DNA of 64,000 nucleotides from Oopsacas minuta (taxonomy: Eukaryota > Animalia > Porifera), in assembly GCA_024704765.1 (NCBI GenBank), contig JAKMXF010000315.1, positions 145,445 through 209,444 on the forward strand, in the 5' to 3' direction. Under the pieces are notes generated by a model. It was given only the letters and a program-made list of their open reading frames with translations. It ran no database searches and was not told where the DNA came from. This document shows positions 1-11,131 of this stretch, in pieces. How positions within the stretch are numbered: the stretch's first letter is position 1; each line of letters opens with the position of its first letter. Position numbers and translations under genes: made by a program.

Positions 1-464
1 CCTTCAGATTTACACGATCCACAAGAAAAATTCACATCAACCTCTCAGTTATTCTACGCTGTTTAATAGTGGTAGGGAGATCAATACCAATGCCCATGAA
101 GTATTATGCCGAGAAACCTATGAATTCATACTAACACAATTCCCCTGGGTAAATGTTACTCCATCCCTGCATAAATTACCCAGGGCTACATAAAAAAATA
201 TTTCCCATACACAAACTAAGTTATTATACAATTCTTGTACAATTTTTCGTTCTAGATGAAAACGCATTCATTTATGGCCACCACGGCAGGATTGTATAAT
301 AGAGAACATGATTTGTTTTAGAAAAGTCAATTTTGACATTAATTAATGTGGTAAAATATACTGTTCCTAACATTATATTGCGTATTAATACGTGATATAC
401 TTATTGTGCCTACATACTTGTATATACGAAAGCACATATGTAATTTGCTATACTACAGATATTC

Positions 465-591
465 ATAAGAAATTAGACCAAGGACTCCAAAAACTTCCAA
501 GTGGCTATGTAAAAATGGATTTTGATGATCACATTACATCCTAACCTTTGAAAGATTTCAAGCAATGATTGGCCAAATTCACATAATCCTG
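465..591 (-). pseudogene. 3' part of an old Chapaev3-type transposase, separated from its 5' part (6193-7617) by the Harbinger insertion
   Basis: The minus strand reads QDYVNLANHCLKS / FQRLGCNVIIKIHF..HSHLEVF with frameshifts. This matches NYEMLVSKMLSGFRDLGCNMSIKVHFLYSH in the 575-aa ORF and continues the frame interrupted at 6193 (...GYLWNERD). Confidence 0.75.
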
Positions 592-599
592 GGGCCTTA

Positions 600-725
600 T
601 TAACTAAAATTCTAAGAATTATTCTTAACTTAATTCTAAGAATTAATGAAATATTCCTAGTTTTCGTTAAGAATTCTTAACTTGGCTATACTTAACGGAT
701 TCTAAGAATAATTCTTAGAATTGGG
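600..725. repeat. Left subterminal array of the quasi-palindromic motif AATTCT(A/T)AGAATT in the Harbinger
   Basis: ttctaagaat starts at about 610, 634 and 700, with a reverse copy attcttagaatt at about 711. Confidence 0.8.
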
Positions 726-891
726 TAATTCTACTTGATTGATTCTTGCTATTGATTAATAAAATTTATGCCAATTCATTCGACTTCAATCGCTTTTTGA
801 GAAGATATGCGCATAGTATACAATAAATTGCCCCACCCAATAGAAAAGGATATTCATTGCATTTCTCATTTGTGTACTATTGTATAAACTC

Positions 892-1933
892 ATGGCCTCG
901 CTTTTTGTTCTTTTGGAGCTGGAAATAGGCAGTTTACGACGACAGAGAATATTTCGTGACAGGTTAAACCCTCTTGATGCATACACAGATGTAGAGTTTA
1001 TTTCTCGTTATAGAATCAGAAGAGAAATGTTCTTAGAATTGCATGATAAAATTGAAACTTTCATGTCTCGATCTACAAGCCGATCTCATTCACTTTCGGT
1101 GACAACTCAATTAGCGGTCACTCTTCAGTTTCTAGCTACGGGTAGTTTCCAAACTGTGGTTGCATCAGCTCATGGAATTTCCCAGCCCTCTGTGTCCAAC
1201 TGTGTTAGAGGTGTAACAGATGCATTGTGCTCAATTGCGAAAGAGTATATACAGTTTCCAACTGCTGCTAGACAGATGAGCATGCAGCATGGATTTATGG
1301 AAAAGTTCGGGTTTCCTAAAGTATTAGGTTGCATAGACGGCACACATACCCCAATTGTTGCACCTAGCACCAACGAAGCAATTTATGTTAATCGTAAAAG
1401 TTTTCATTCAATTAAAGTCCAAGCGATATGTGACGATGTATTCAAGTTTATTGATGTAGTTGTGAAGTGGCCAGGCAGCACACATGACGCGTTCATATGG
1501 AGGCAATCAGGAATCAATCTTAAGATCACCAGTAAAGAAATTCCAATTCTTGATGGATGGTTTCTCGGCGATAGTGGTTATCCGTTGCGCCCAAATTTAA
1601 TGACTCCATTACTATCTCCTGTTACACCTCGCGAAAGAAGGTATAATCGTGCTTTCCTGAAGACTCGAAAGACAATTGAATGTACCTTTGGAATATGGAA
1701 GAGCAGATGGAGATCAATGGACAAGACTGGTGGCAGTTTGTGCTATAGTCCAGAGAGGGTTTGCAAACTAATCTTATCCTCCATGGTACTTCATAATTTG
1801 TGTTGATTGCGGTCTCCAAATTGATATTGAAAACTTGGAAAGTGATATGCCCTACACCGAAACAGAAGACACTGAACATTCAGATAATGGGATTTTAGTT
1901 CGAGAAAATATAATTATAAATTATTTCACATGA
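892..1933 (+). pseudogene. Harbinger DDE transposase (HARBI1/DDE_Tnp_4-like) with a 3' frameshift
   Basis: Motifs: LQFLATGSFQ (HTH), GCIDGTH (D), WPGSTHD, FLGDSGYP (D), RKTIECTFGIWKSRW (E), VLHNLC. A stop falls at 1804-1806. The natural tail DCGLQIDIENLE...RENIIINYFT* continues in another frame to 1933. Confidence 0.9.
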
Positions 1934-2017
1934 TATAGGGAGTTTAATAAATTAACTGAGGACATGAATGAATTCGGCTATGATTTACGTATAACATAAT
2001 TATCTTAATTAAGGATC

Positions 2018-2799
2018 CTAATCTTGACTTTGAAAGTAATGAGGCAATGAAAACAAATTAGAAGTAGGAAATGAAGGGGGCAATGTCTGAAAATGCGGCA
2101 GAGGAGGCATAGTTTGAGCCATCAGAAGAGAAAGTGTCTTTGATTGATCCGCTGCTGTATGTTGCAAAATCTGGATCACTCGATCGAATTTACTCTCAAG
2201 CCGATCTAGCTTAGAATCAATGTTAGTCAAAATCTCCAATTTCTTATCTTCTTTCTCTAAAATTGCACGTTTGGTCGATTCCAATTCGTCATTTTCCAAA
2301 CGATGACGTTTTCTTGGGGCTTGTTGGAAAAACTTTATTTGTTCAATATCTTCAGAGGGAACTGGGTTTATCAGCATCCTTTCAGTTTCATCATTTGCAC
2401 ACTGGGATTCAAGAGAGAGATCGATACCCGATTCAATGCCTTCAAAAGCTTTCTTCCCTTTGATGCTACTGATTTTAGCTTCTATTTCATTCAAATCAGC
2501 ATCTGCAGGACTTTCTCCAGTTTTTCTTGCTGATGCTAACTTATCTGCAATACGAGGCTTATGTATTGTTAGTATATTAAACCATTTTTTCATGACATTA
2601 TCCTTGTTCTTACATTCTCATGTAATTCAGACAGTCTCCCTGAAATTTCTTCCCAGATTTTGTTCTAATCATCGAAAGTCAGAGTTGGTGTTAGAGCGCC
2701 GAACAATTTCGATTTTTGATCATGAATGAGATCCACGGGTGACATAATCTCCTCCTGAGTAAAATTCTTTGAACAAGTTTTCGATTTTTCAGTGGTCAT
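2018..2799 (-). pseudogene. Harbinger ORF2, Myb/SANT-like DNA-binding protein, with a premature stop and a frameshift
   Basis: Reads MTTEKSKTCSKNFTQEEIM...TFDD*NKIWEEISGRL...RT, then after a frameshift KDNVMKKWFNI...ARKTGESP...IKGKKAFEGIESG. This is the typical NF..E / K..W..I / KKW.N / TG pattern, convergent with the transposase. Confidence 0.8.
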
Positions 2800-3195
2800 A
2801 ATACGAGCGAGTGTTAAGATATTATCATAATTAATTAACATTTTATTATTATTCATACTTATCACTAAAGATGATAATATACGTAAATGGATAAAATTGC
2901 ATAGATTGCGTATATTTTTGCAGGACGTCACTCAAATGACATTGACTTTATTTACCTTAGTTTATATACAAAACTATTATGTTTCAAAATATATGAGATA
3001 TATTTTAATTACATAAATACATTTATTGATGTCATAATACAATTCAGAGTGACGTCAAGAAATAGTATCTAAATATAGTTGGTATAATTCGACTATAGTT
3101 CTATGCTGCGGGTATTACAACATGTAGATATGATAATCAAACATATTGTCTTGAGCGATAAACAATCTTCTTTGTTATTAAATCCGCATTGATTA

Positions 3196-5917
3196 CACTG
3201 CTCAACAAAAATTTTGTTGCATTTCTACCAACACTTGTTTTTACCTAATATTGGGGCGCTGAATCCGAATCCGACCTTAGTTTTTTTCCGCAAGCTCTAG
3301 ATTTTTTGCAAATCGAGATTTTTAATTTTTTTGCACAAAATTCATATTTTTTGAAAAAGTGACATGATTTGTCAAATGATGTTCTGCTTACAGTTGAATA
3401 ACTAGCCTCAAAACAAAAATAGTTGCCAAAAAACTTTTATGTTGCCAATAGAAATTGTATTTGTAGACAGATGGGCAACAAATGTTTTAAAAAATGTAAA
3501 AACAACAGTTTTGCTGGTAATTTGCATGTAAAAATTGATTTTTTTTTGCAAAATAACGTAGAAAAGAACGATGGCAATCTACAATAGTAACTTAAAGCGA
3601 TCAATGACAAGATGCAAAAGATTCAAATATTCTACAAATCTGGACAAAATTTCCTCTTATAACTTCTGCGTTTGTACGCTTTGTGAGGACAGTCACGTTT
3701 AATGCCCCAACAATAGTCTGCCATCATATGTCGATCCCATCGACCTTGGTAACGTTCTTCCACTGTCATAAGATCCTGGTGGAAACGCTCTCCCTGTTCG
3801 TCACTGACAGCCCCAAGGTTTTCAGGGAATTTGTCCTGGTGGCTGTACAGAAAATGTACTTTTATGCTCATGTTGCATCCCAAATCACGAAACCCTGAGA
3901 GCATCTTGGATACAAGCATTTCATAGTTTGGAGCTTTTCTGTTACCAAGAAAGTTCTGTATAACATCCACAAAAGATAGCCATGCAGCTTTCTCCCTGAC
4001 ATTCATTTTCTGAATGAAGTTTTTGTCGCGAATAAGTGTACGTATCTGTGGTCCATCAAACACTCCTGCTTTGATTTTATCATATGACAAAGCAGGGAAA
4101 GTATACACAAGATGATGAAAGGATTCATTGTCAGGATTTAGGGCTTTAACGAACTGTTTCATCAGACCTAGCTTGATGTGCAGGGGTGGAAAAACAATTT
4201 TGTCTCTGCTTACGATCGGGTCGTGTGTTACGTTAGGCATGCCAGCTTGAAATGTTTCACGTAAGGGCCACTCCTTCTGTATCCAATGTTTTTCACGTGC
4301 TCTGCTGTCCCACATGCACAGATAACATGGAAATTTAGTGTATCCTTTTTGCTGACCTAGCAGAAAACTAACCATTTTGAGGTCAACACAAATGATCCAG
4401 TTGTGATCATGATATCCGAGTAAATCCATAACAATTCTAATGTCATCATGCTGTTCCTTCAAGACAGTGGAGTGACCAACTGGAACAGCTCCATAAACAT
4501 TTCCATTGTGTAAAAGAACACACTTGAGGCTGCGCTTGGAACTGTCCAAAAACAATCGCCATTCTCCTGGATCATATGAGGAGATACCCAGTTGTCCGAG
4601 AAGACCAGGAATATCGTTGCAATATACCAGCTTATTTTCCACTGAAAAATAGGGTAGAAGGAGTTCTTCTCTTTTTCGAAAAAAGGAAACCTTTACAGAT
4701 TGATCCAGCACCTGTTTTTCTTTGAGCCTGGAGGCTAAGAGCTCAGCTGCTTGCTTGGGCAGATCTAAATCACGTACTAAGTCATTCAGTTCTGATTGAT
4801 TAAACTGCTGGACAGTTACTCTGGTTTCACGAGAAGAATCTTCAGATTCTGATTCTGTGTCTGTTTTTTGATATTCCATTTCTACGATCTCTTCCCTTTC
4901 CAATTTAGTTTCTCCATCATCAGGAAAAGCAAAAGCACTAAAGACCGGAGGAGGAAGTCTATCAGAGTGCGGGACAGGTCGCATAGCTGATGGTATACTA
5001 GGATAAGAAAGCGTTTGTCGGCTCTTCTTGCCAACACCTTTTGTATTGACCATGCAAAAGTAGCAGTCAGTCGTGTGGTTTTGGGGTTCACGCCACACCA
5101 TTGGAATGGCAAAAGGCAGACCCTTCCGCTTTCCTTTTGTCCAGTCTCGGAGCATTTCTTCGCAGTTATGGCACACAATATGAGGAGACCATTTCTTATC
5201 TTGATCACCAAGAGGGATACCAAAGTATGCTATGTAGGCACGCTTCACAAACGATGTTATATTTCGTCTTTGACGCGAAAGCGTATACACACCACAGATG
5301 TAACAAAATGAATCAGGGTTATTATTGCATTTATGTCTACTAGAAGAAGCCATGATCAAATCTGAAGAGTTAAGAATCGAAAGAAAGTCTGTTGATATCT
5401 ATGTAACTTAACACAAACAAACTGAATAACAAAACCTTGGTTCTAATTAAGGCTACCAGCAGACGAGCGGAAAAATACAGCTTAAATGCCTATTCTGCTG
5501 CATCTATCCACGATACTTCACTACAATCACTTAGGGTTGTTTGAATTAAATCATTTCAAAAAAATCAACATGATGATTTTTGATTTATTTAAATTTTGAC
5601 ACTTCGCTAATAGTGTCATGTTTTCAGAGAACAATAGAGTGGTGCTTTTGTTTTCAATAGATTGAAGCCATTACTAAATCATAGTAACAGCTGCAATCTA
5701 AGAAAAATGGCTTGATAGATAAAAAGTATTTGGTGGAGATCAGATTTATGTACTAAATAAGTACCACAAACGAAAAAATTTAAATTGTCGATTGCATGAA
5801 AACTAGAGCATGCAGAAAGAAACTGATTGCAGATTTGAAATCAGCATCCCAAAATTATATAGAATCAATTGAAAAATCTCATGCAACAAAAAATGAAAAA
5901 AAAATTGTTGAGCAGTG
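3196..5917 (-). mobile_element. Full-length Chapaev3-type (CMC clade) DNA transposon, 2722 bp
   Basis: A perfect 13-bp TIR cactgctcaacaa sits at both ends (from 3196; to 5917), with CAC...GTG termini. TTA is duplicated at 3193-3195 and 5918-5920. There is a single long ORF inside. Confidence 0.9.
3632..5359 (-). CDS. Chapaev3-type transposase, intact 575 aa
   Basis: The ORF is uninterrupted. It has an N-terminal Cys-rich Chapa-like region (FCYICG, WSPHIVCHNC, WREP..HTTDCYFC). Putative catalytic and zinc motifs are FLDSSKRS (D), CVDLK (D), CYLC, PPLHIKLG, HFLYSH and SDEQGERFHQ (E). Confidence 0.9.
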   Translation of the reverse strand: MIMASSSRHKCNNNPDSFCYICGVYTLSRQRRNITSFVKRAYIAYFGIPLGDQDKKWSPHIVCHNCEEMLRDWTKGKRKGLPFAIPMVWREPQNHTTDCYFCMVNTKGVGKKSRQTLSYPSIPSAMRPVPHSDRLPPPVFSAFAFPDDGETKLEREEIVEMEYQKTDTESESEDSSRETRVTVQQFNQSELNDLVRDLDLPKQAAELLASRLKEKQVLDQSVKVSFFRKREELLLPYFSVENKLVYCNDIPGLLGQLGISSYDPGEWRLFLDSSKRSLKCVLLHNGNVYGAVPVGHSTVLKEQHDDIRIVMDLLGYHDHNWIICVDLKMVSFLLGQQKGYTKFPCYLCMWDSRAREKHWIQKEWPLRETFQAGMPNVTHDPIVSRDKIVFPPLHIKLGLMKQFVKALNPDNESFHHLVYTFPALSYDKIKAGVFDGPQIRTLIRDKNFIQKMNVREKAAWLSFVDVIQNFLGNRKAPNYEMLVSKMLSGFRDLGCNMSIKVHFLYSHQDKFPENLGAVSDEQGERFHQDLMTVEERYQGRWDRHMMADYCWGIKRDCPHKAYKRRSYKRKFCPDL

Positions 5918-5994
5918 TTATCATTTCATAGAAAAGTAGAATAAATTATAAGTTAAGTGTCCTCTTTACCTCACTAAATATTTTTCTTAGCATT

Positions 5995-6186
5995 ATTCTA
6001 AGAATTGAGTTGTATTCTAAGAATTTGACTTAAGAATTTTAGTTAATACCATTTTTATAAATTCTAAGAATAAGACTTAGGTGTTGGGAAATTCTAAGAA
6101 TTATTCTAAGAATTAGTCTAATTCTAAGAATTTGACTTAAAGTTAAGCAAAATTCTAAGAATTTGACTTAAGAATTTTAGTTAATA
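5995..6186. repeat. Right subterminal array of AATTCT(A/T)AGAATT, plus an internal 35-bp duplicate of the terminus
   Basis: About 7 copies of ttctaagaat. The sequence attctaagaatttgacttaagaattttagttaata is identical at 6014-6048 and 6152-6186. Confidence 0.85.
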
Positions 6187-6192
6187 AGGCCC

Positions 6193-7617
6193 TGATCTCT
6201 TTCATTCCATAAGTACCCTTTCACAACCGAGACAAAGGCTTGACATGCATCATACTCAGTATCCATCATATACCCAGTGAATTCCAGATCTTTCATCAAT
6301 TTTCGGATATCTGGGCCAGTGAAGATACCAGATTTGATCTTGTCATCACTCAGCCCCTGGAATCGTGAGCGAAGGTATTTAAAACAATAATCGTCTTTGT
6401 TAAGAGCTTTTACGAATTGCTTACGTAATTAACCCGAGTTTAATATTCAAAGGAGGGAAAACAATCTTTTCCGCTGCACCAGTGCTTCGCTAATCACGTT
6501 TGCACTACCACAATCACTTTTTGTCTTTTAGGTCACTCCTTTCTGATCCAATGTTCATTCTTCGCTCTGCTATCCCACATACACAAAAAACAAGGATACT
6601 ATGTGTACCCACTTTGTTGTCCGAGAAGAATGCAAAGCATTTTTAGATCGACACAGATGATGCACTATTGCTTATCGTAGCTAATTAATTGTAAAACAAA
6701 GTTGACATTTTTATATTTTCCAGTTAATATCACAGAATGAGCAAGGGGTAGTGAGCCAAACTTATTATAATTATGAAGTAAGGCAACTTTAAAACTTCTT
6801 TTTGAGCTGTCAATAAATAATCTCCAGTCATTTGAATCATATAACGTACGACCAAGTTCTTTTAACAGGCCCTCAATTTCACAACAGTATACACAATATT
6901 CACTTTGAGTAAAATATGGTAAGAACTGCTGTTCTCTATCACGATAATAAGAAATCTTGGTGAAGGAAGAAAACAAATTCTTTTGATAAAGCCTAGATCC
7001 TAGTATATTTGAAGCAGCTTTTGACAATGTAAGGTCACGAACTAAGTCATTTAACTTTTCCTGACTAAATGTTTGAAGTGGTTTAGATGGTATAAAGTCA
7101 ACATCTCTAGTCTCATCAGGTGACTCCATATCTACACTAATTTCTGGATCTGGATCAGGCAAACTTTGATAACAATAAGTTATTAAAGGTTCAGGTTCAG
7201 GTGTTTTCAAAATTGGAATCGGAAATTCATCACTATGTGGAACCGGGCTAATCACGGGAGGTATAGAAGGATACTGTATTTTTGATTTATCCTTTTGATT
7301 GAAACCAAGTGTTTTGACAATACAAAATTGGCAATCATCAATATGATTTGTCGGTTCCCTCCACAACATAGGAATTCCAAATGGCAACGAGATTAATTTG
7401 TACGTAACCAGTTATATATATTCATAAAGCATTTCTGACATAATATATGGGGTGACCACTCTTTATCTTGGCTGTGCGATTGCATTCCAAAATACGCAAA
7501 GTATGAATTCTGTACTGTAACATCTATCGCTCGTTTCTGTGTTTGGAATGTAAACTCACCACAAATATAGCAGAAACTATTTGGATCATTGGAACATTTC
7601 CCCCTTGAAGAGGCCAT
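6193..7617 (-). pseudogene. Older Chapaev3-type transposase (5' and central part), with frameshifts and stops
   Basis: ORF pieces: MASSRGKCSNDPNSFCYICGEF, WREPTNHIDDCQFC, WRLFIDSSKRS, then VDLKMLCILLGQQSGYTYPCFLCMWDSR-like sequence and QFVKALNKDDYCFKYL. It is clearly paralogous to, but diverged from, the 575-aa ORF. Confidence 0.85.
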
Positions 7618-7959
7618 AGTATATTATTTCGCAAAAAGGCAAAATTTTGTTAATGAATATGATACTGCGTGTCAATTACTATAATATTATTATATAGTCC
7701 ATACTATGTATTGTTAAATCATGAAATTTTGATTTCCTTTCATCATATATTCGTTTTGTGAATATATGAATGTCAACTACAATAACTGATATTCCAACTT
7801 GAGGCGACTAGGTTAAAATTCAATATTGAGAAAAATTACAAAAGATACAATATCAAAATATCTTGACGTGATGGGCAAAACGTACTCTGTTTTTGGCCGC
7901 AACTGACAAGAATTAGTTAGAAAACGTCGAAGGTATGGTTTGTGTATAAATGCTGTTGC

Positions 7960-8210
7960 CCAGTATTATTAACTCATAGTACAGAGTTTGCCAGAGATAG
8001 TGCTGATAGTTTTGGGATGAAAGAATTTTCTGAGGAAGCTTCCCAAACATGTAATATGCTGATTCGAAAATATCGTGAACATTTGGCTTGAAAAATTCAT
8101 TCATGCTAAATACTAGGGGGACATAATCATTCGTCACACTTCTCAAAGCAACCCTGCATTAACAAACTTTAGACACTTGGTTGTTTGTAAAAGTGTAGAG
8201 AATTGAGCCA
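7960..8210 (+). pseudogene. C-terminal fragment of a Transib/Chapaev-like (RAG1-core-related) transposase
   Basis: The plus strand reads PVLLTHSTEF...FGMKEFSEEASQTCNMLIRKYREHLA*K, then after a frameshift DIIIRHTSQSNPALTNFR. This fits the H...SEE..E..NK..R.YRE..ARK...D...R...SDP pattern. Confidence 0.6.
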
Positions 8211-9416
8211 TATTTGAAAGCTCAATTACAAAGCTCCCGCTCCCTATACCGAACAAAATAATGTATTTTATTCTCTGCTTGTATAGATAGTATTTTGTAT
8301 AAATAAACAATACATTTAGGTGCTTGAAATACTTAAAAAATACCACTTAGGAAGATTTCTCGAAAAATTAAATTTTACTGACGCCATCATTTGGTCATAA
8401 CCTCACTTGAAGTGATTTTACAAAAAATTGGAGTAGTTATATCAATTCCTTAGGGCAATTATCCTATATGCAAATAATACAAAATGTAGGTGTGAGAGAC
8501 ATAGAAATCTCTATTGCCCTCGAATGCCGTTTTTCCACTGTGGCATGGCATATGCTTACTGATAATGGCCAACCGTATAATGATTGGCCTTTTTCATTTC
8601 CTTGGTACAGGAGGCGTACAGGGATTTAGTAGAATTGTATTTGAATTTTGAAGAGACCAACATTAAGTGACCATGAGTATAATAATCTAAACTCATTAAG
8701 TTAAGTGCACTATGTTGTGTAAAAAAACAGTATATATTTAAGCGTAGAAGGATTTCCTGTACAGCCCATATACTAACATCTTTTCCCCTTTCCAAATTAT
8801 TCAAGTGTATAATGACTTTCTGAACGCGCGCACGGAGTGTCACAATCACCCAAAATCATCCAAAGAAAACCGTAAGACCAGTTTTTTAACTCTGATTGAA
8901 TCAGCATTCAGAAAAGTATTTACAACTCTAGAAAATTCGTTGTATTATTTTGAATTTTCGATGTGGAATATTTCAAAACGACCATTTGTAAATTGTGAAT
9001 TTATTAAGCCGGTTTATTTGAATAACGAATGTTTATTGTAACAAAACCTTGTTAATTTATCTCCTTATTATATACTATATTCTGTCTTAAATTTAGTTTT
9101 TCTTCATTTATACCCTATTTTGATATCCCTGCTTAGTTTTAGTTGCCTATTTTTACAGATATTCGTTTTACAATCTTATATTATTACTCTTGCATTAGTT
9201 TTGAGTTCCACTTAGGTTGATATTTTGACACTAGGATTTCTAAGATTGTTGGGGTTTGAACACTGTTTATAATATCGAAATGTTCGAATTTCCTTAATGG
9301 TTGGAGAAATGCTATAAACCCCGTATTTTTCTATACATTTCCACGTTACTCGTGTTATTATATTCTCGTAATTTCTTCTGGCATTTAGAAAGTCTTTTAA
9401 CTAATCACTCGGCTTC

Positions 9417-11130
9417 ATGGCTTGTAAGAACAATCAATTTTGTTATTGTTGCGCTATGAATTTTCCATCGAGTTTGAGATAAATTACAAAGAGTGTTGTC
9501 AGTTCCACGAAATACCTTGGATTGGGAGATATACTGAGTGGTGGCGGAATACCAAATAAACTGTACTCGACCTGTTCGATAAATGTTAACACATTAGGGC
9601 AGTCATGTTTACAAAAAGTTAGACAGACAAGTACAACGATGTTTAGAAATGTTGAGTGGAAGAACCAAAAATGTTGGATAATTCGTTCAAGTACTTGTTG
9701 CAGCAAAGGATTTAACAATCCAAAATGTTGGTATTGTTCTAACGCACAAGTCTTTAATAATAGAGGTTACCGAGACTATTTCATTAAAATTGAACTTAAT
9801 GGGAATGAAGATTCTGAAGATGAAATATGTCAATGGAGAGACAGGGGTCGTATGACCAGTGGTATTTTTATGGCTGCTAATTATCCTCATTCTCACTGTA
9901 TGATTTCTTAGATATGATAGAAAATACATTGCCTCTTAAACTAAGCATAGTAGTGAACAAAAACTTCTGAAAATTCTCATCCGGCGAAGATTTGTACCTA
10001 CTTCCCTACACAAACTTCACGAACAAGTATACCCCCTTACTATGCAGCAATAACCTCAGCTAAAGAATCTCGAGACTCAATTTCTGCAATGTTATCAAAG
10101 CCGCAGGGTATTGTTGAAGATTTGAAATTATTTTAAGTGCAGATATAAAGTGCATGTAACTTATTCTTGCATCAGCAATAATGCATGCTCTTGGTGTATG
10201 ATTACTTCAAAGGTCATTGATGGTCGGCCTAGATATAATCTTTTCTCTATAGAAGGACCTAGAATGGATTCATTAGCAATGGAACACCTCAAACTGGTCA
10301 AAAAGAATAAGCATTTCAAAGGCAAGAAATTCCCTCCTCTTTTGAATATTACAAACCCATCGAAATCACTAACTCTACCTGTACTCCACTGTGGGATGGG
10401 TTTGTGTAGACAAGTTACTGATCCCACTGCAAGTCATATTTCCAATAACGATTTTGAATCATTCATTGCAACTACATATAAATTGTACCCATACAAGCAT
10501 AGAGGCAGTCCACATTACAGAAGACAAATGTATTACGTGTTACTAGTAAAGAGGTTATTTCGTTAGCTTGACATTCCAGGAGAGATAACGAGCCATGGAT
10601 CAAAGCAGGCATCAACATTCGTGTCCCTGAAGTTCTCTCATTGTGGGAAGATATCAAGGATCTACTGGCTTGTCGAGAACCTAACAAAATTGGCCCCTTG
10701 CATGTAAGAGAAAAAAGATTGGAAAACTTACTATTCTCTATGATAATTCAGATTTTCAGCCAACATTGACACTACATATCACCTGTCAGCAATCACCAGA
10801 TTTCGTAGATATTTGGGCACAGTTTGGCGGTATATGGTCCCTGTCGAAAGTAACCATAGGGTCAAGTCATGGCGTTATATAGAAGCTAGGAGAGGCCCAT
10901 GGTATTACTGGTTCGTAGTCTGATCTAACTTCAGATCAATTAGCCAAAATAAATGCCAAGAGTAACCAAGTTCGTCACATTAAAAAAATTGTTCGAAACT
11001 AACCCCAAGACCCAAAAGAATGTGCACATTAAAGAATAGATATCCTGAGGTTTCAGAGGATATATGAATGTATCAATTTCTAGTATATTATTCTCACCCT
11101 TGATTTGAATTGTTAGAGAAATAAGCATAT
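9417..11130 (+). pseudogene. Degenerate transposase with a Chapa-like Cys-rich N-terminus and a RAG1/Transib/Chapaev-like core
   Basis: Reads MACKNNQFCYCC..IPNKL(Y)STC..EWKNQKCW..KCWYC, then SIPPYYAAITSAKESRDSI, LSADIKCM*LIL and a frameshift to ISNNACSWC, then LPVLHCGMGLCRQV. These parallel FCYICG / PHIVC..C / W..DCYFC / DLK / CYLC / PPLHIKLG in the intact ORF. The 3' boundary is approximate. Confidence 0.65.
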
Positions 11131-11131
11131 A

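Larger units (their letters stand above)
592..6192 (+). mobile_element. PIF/Harbinger DNA transposon (decayed, two-ORF), carrying a nested Chapaev3-type element
   Basis: TIRs are gggccttattaactaaaattct (from 592) and agaattttagttaataaggccc (to 6192). The element has a DDE transposase ORF and a convergent Myb/SANT-like ORF. The flanks rejoin as ataatcctgatctct with a 2-3 bp duplication (tg/tga), imperfect relative to the usual TWA. Confidence 0.9.

Noticed and set aside
600-725. CRISPR-like or satellite array
   Set aside because: The spacing is irregular, there are no unique spacers or cas genes, and the context is eukaryotic. It is explained as Harbinger subterminal motifs.
880-1806. Domesticated host gene HARBI1
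   Set aside because: It lies between TIRs with a Myb/SANT partner and carries a frameshift, so it is a transposon ORF.
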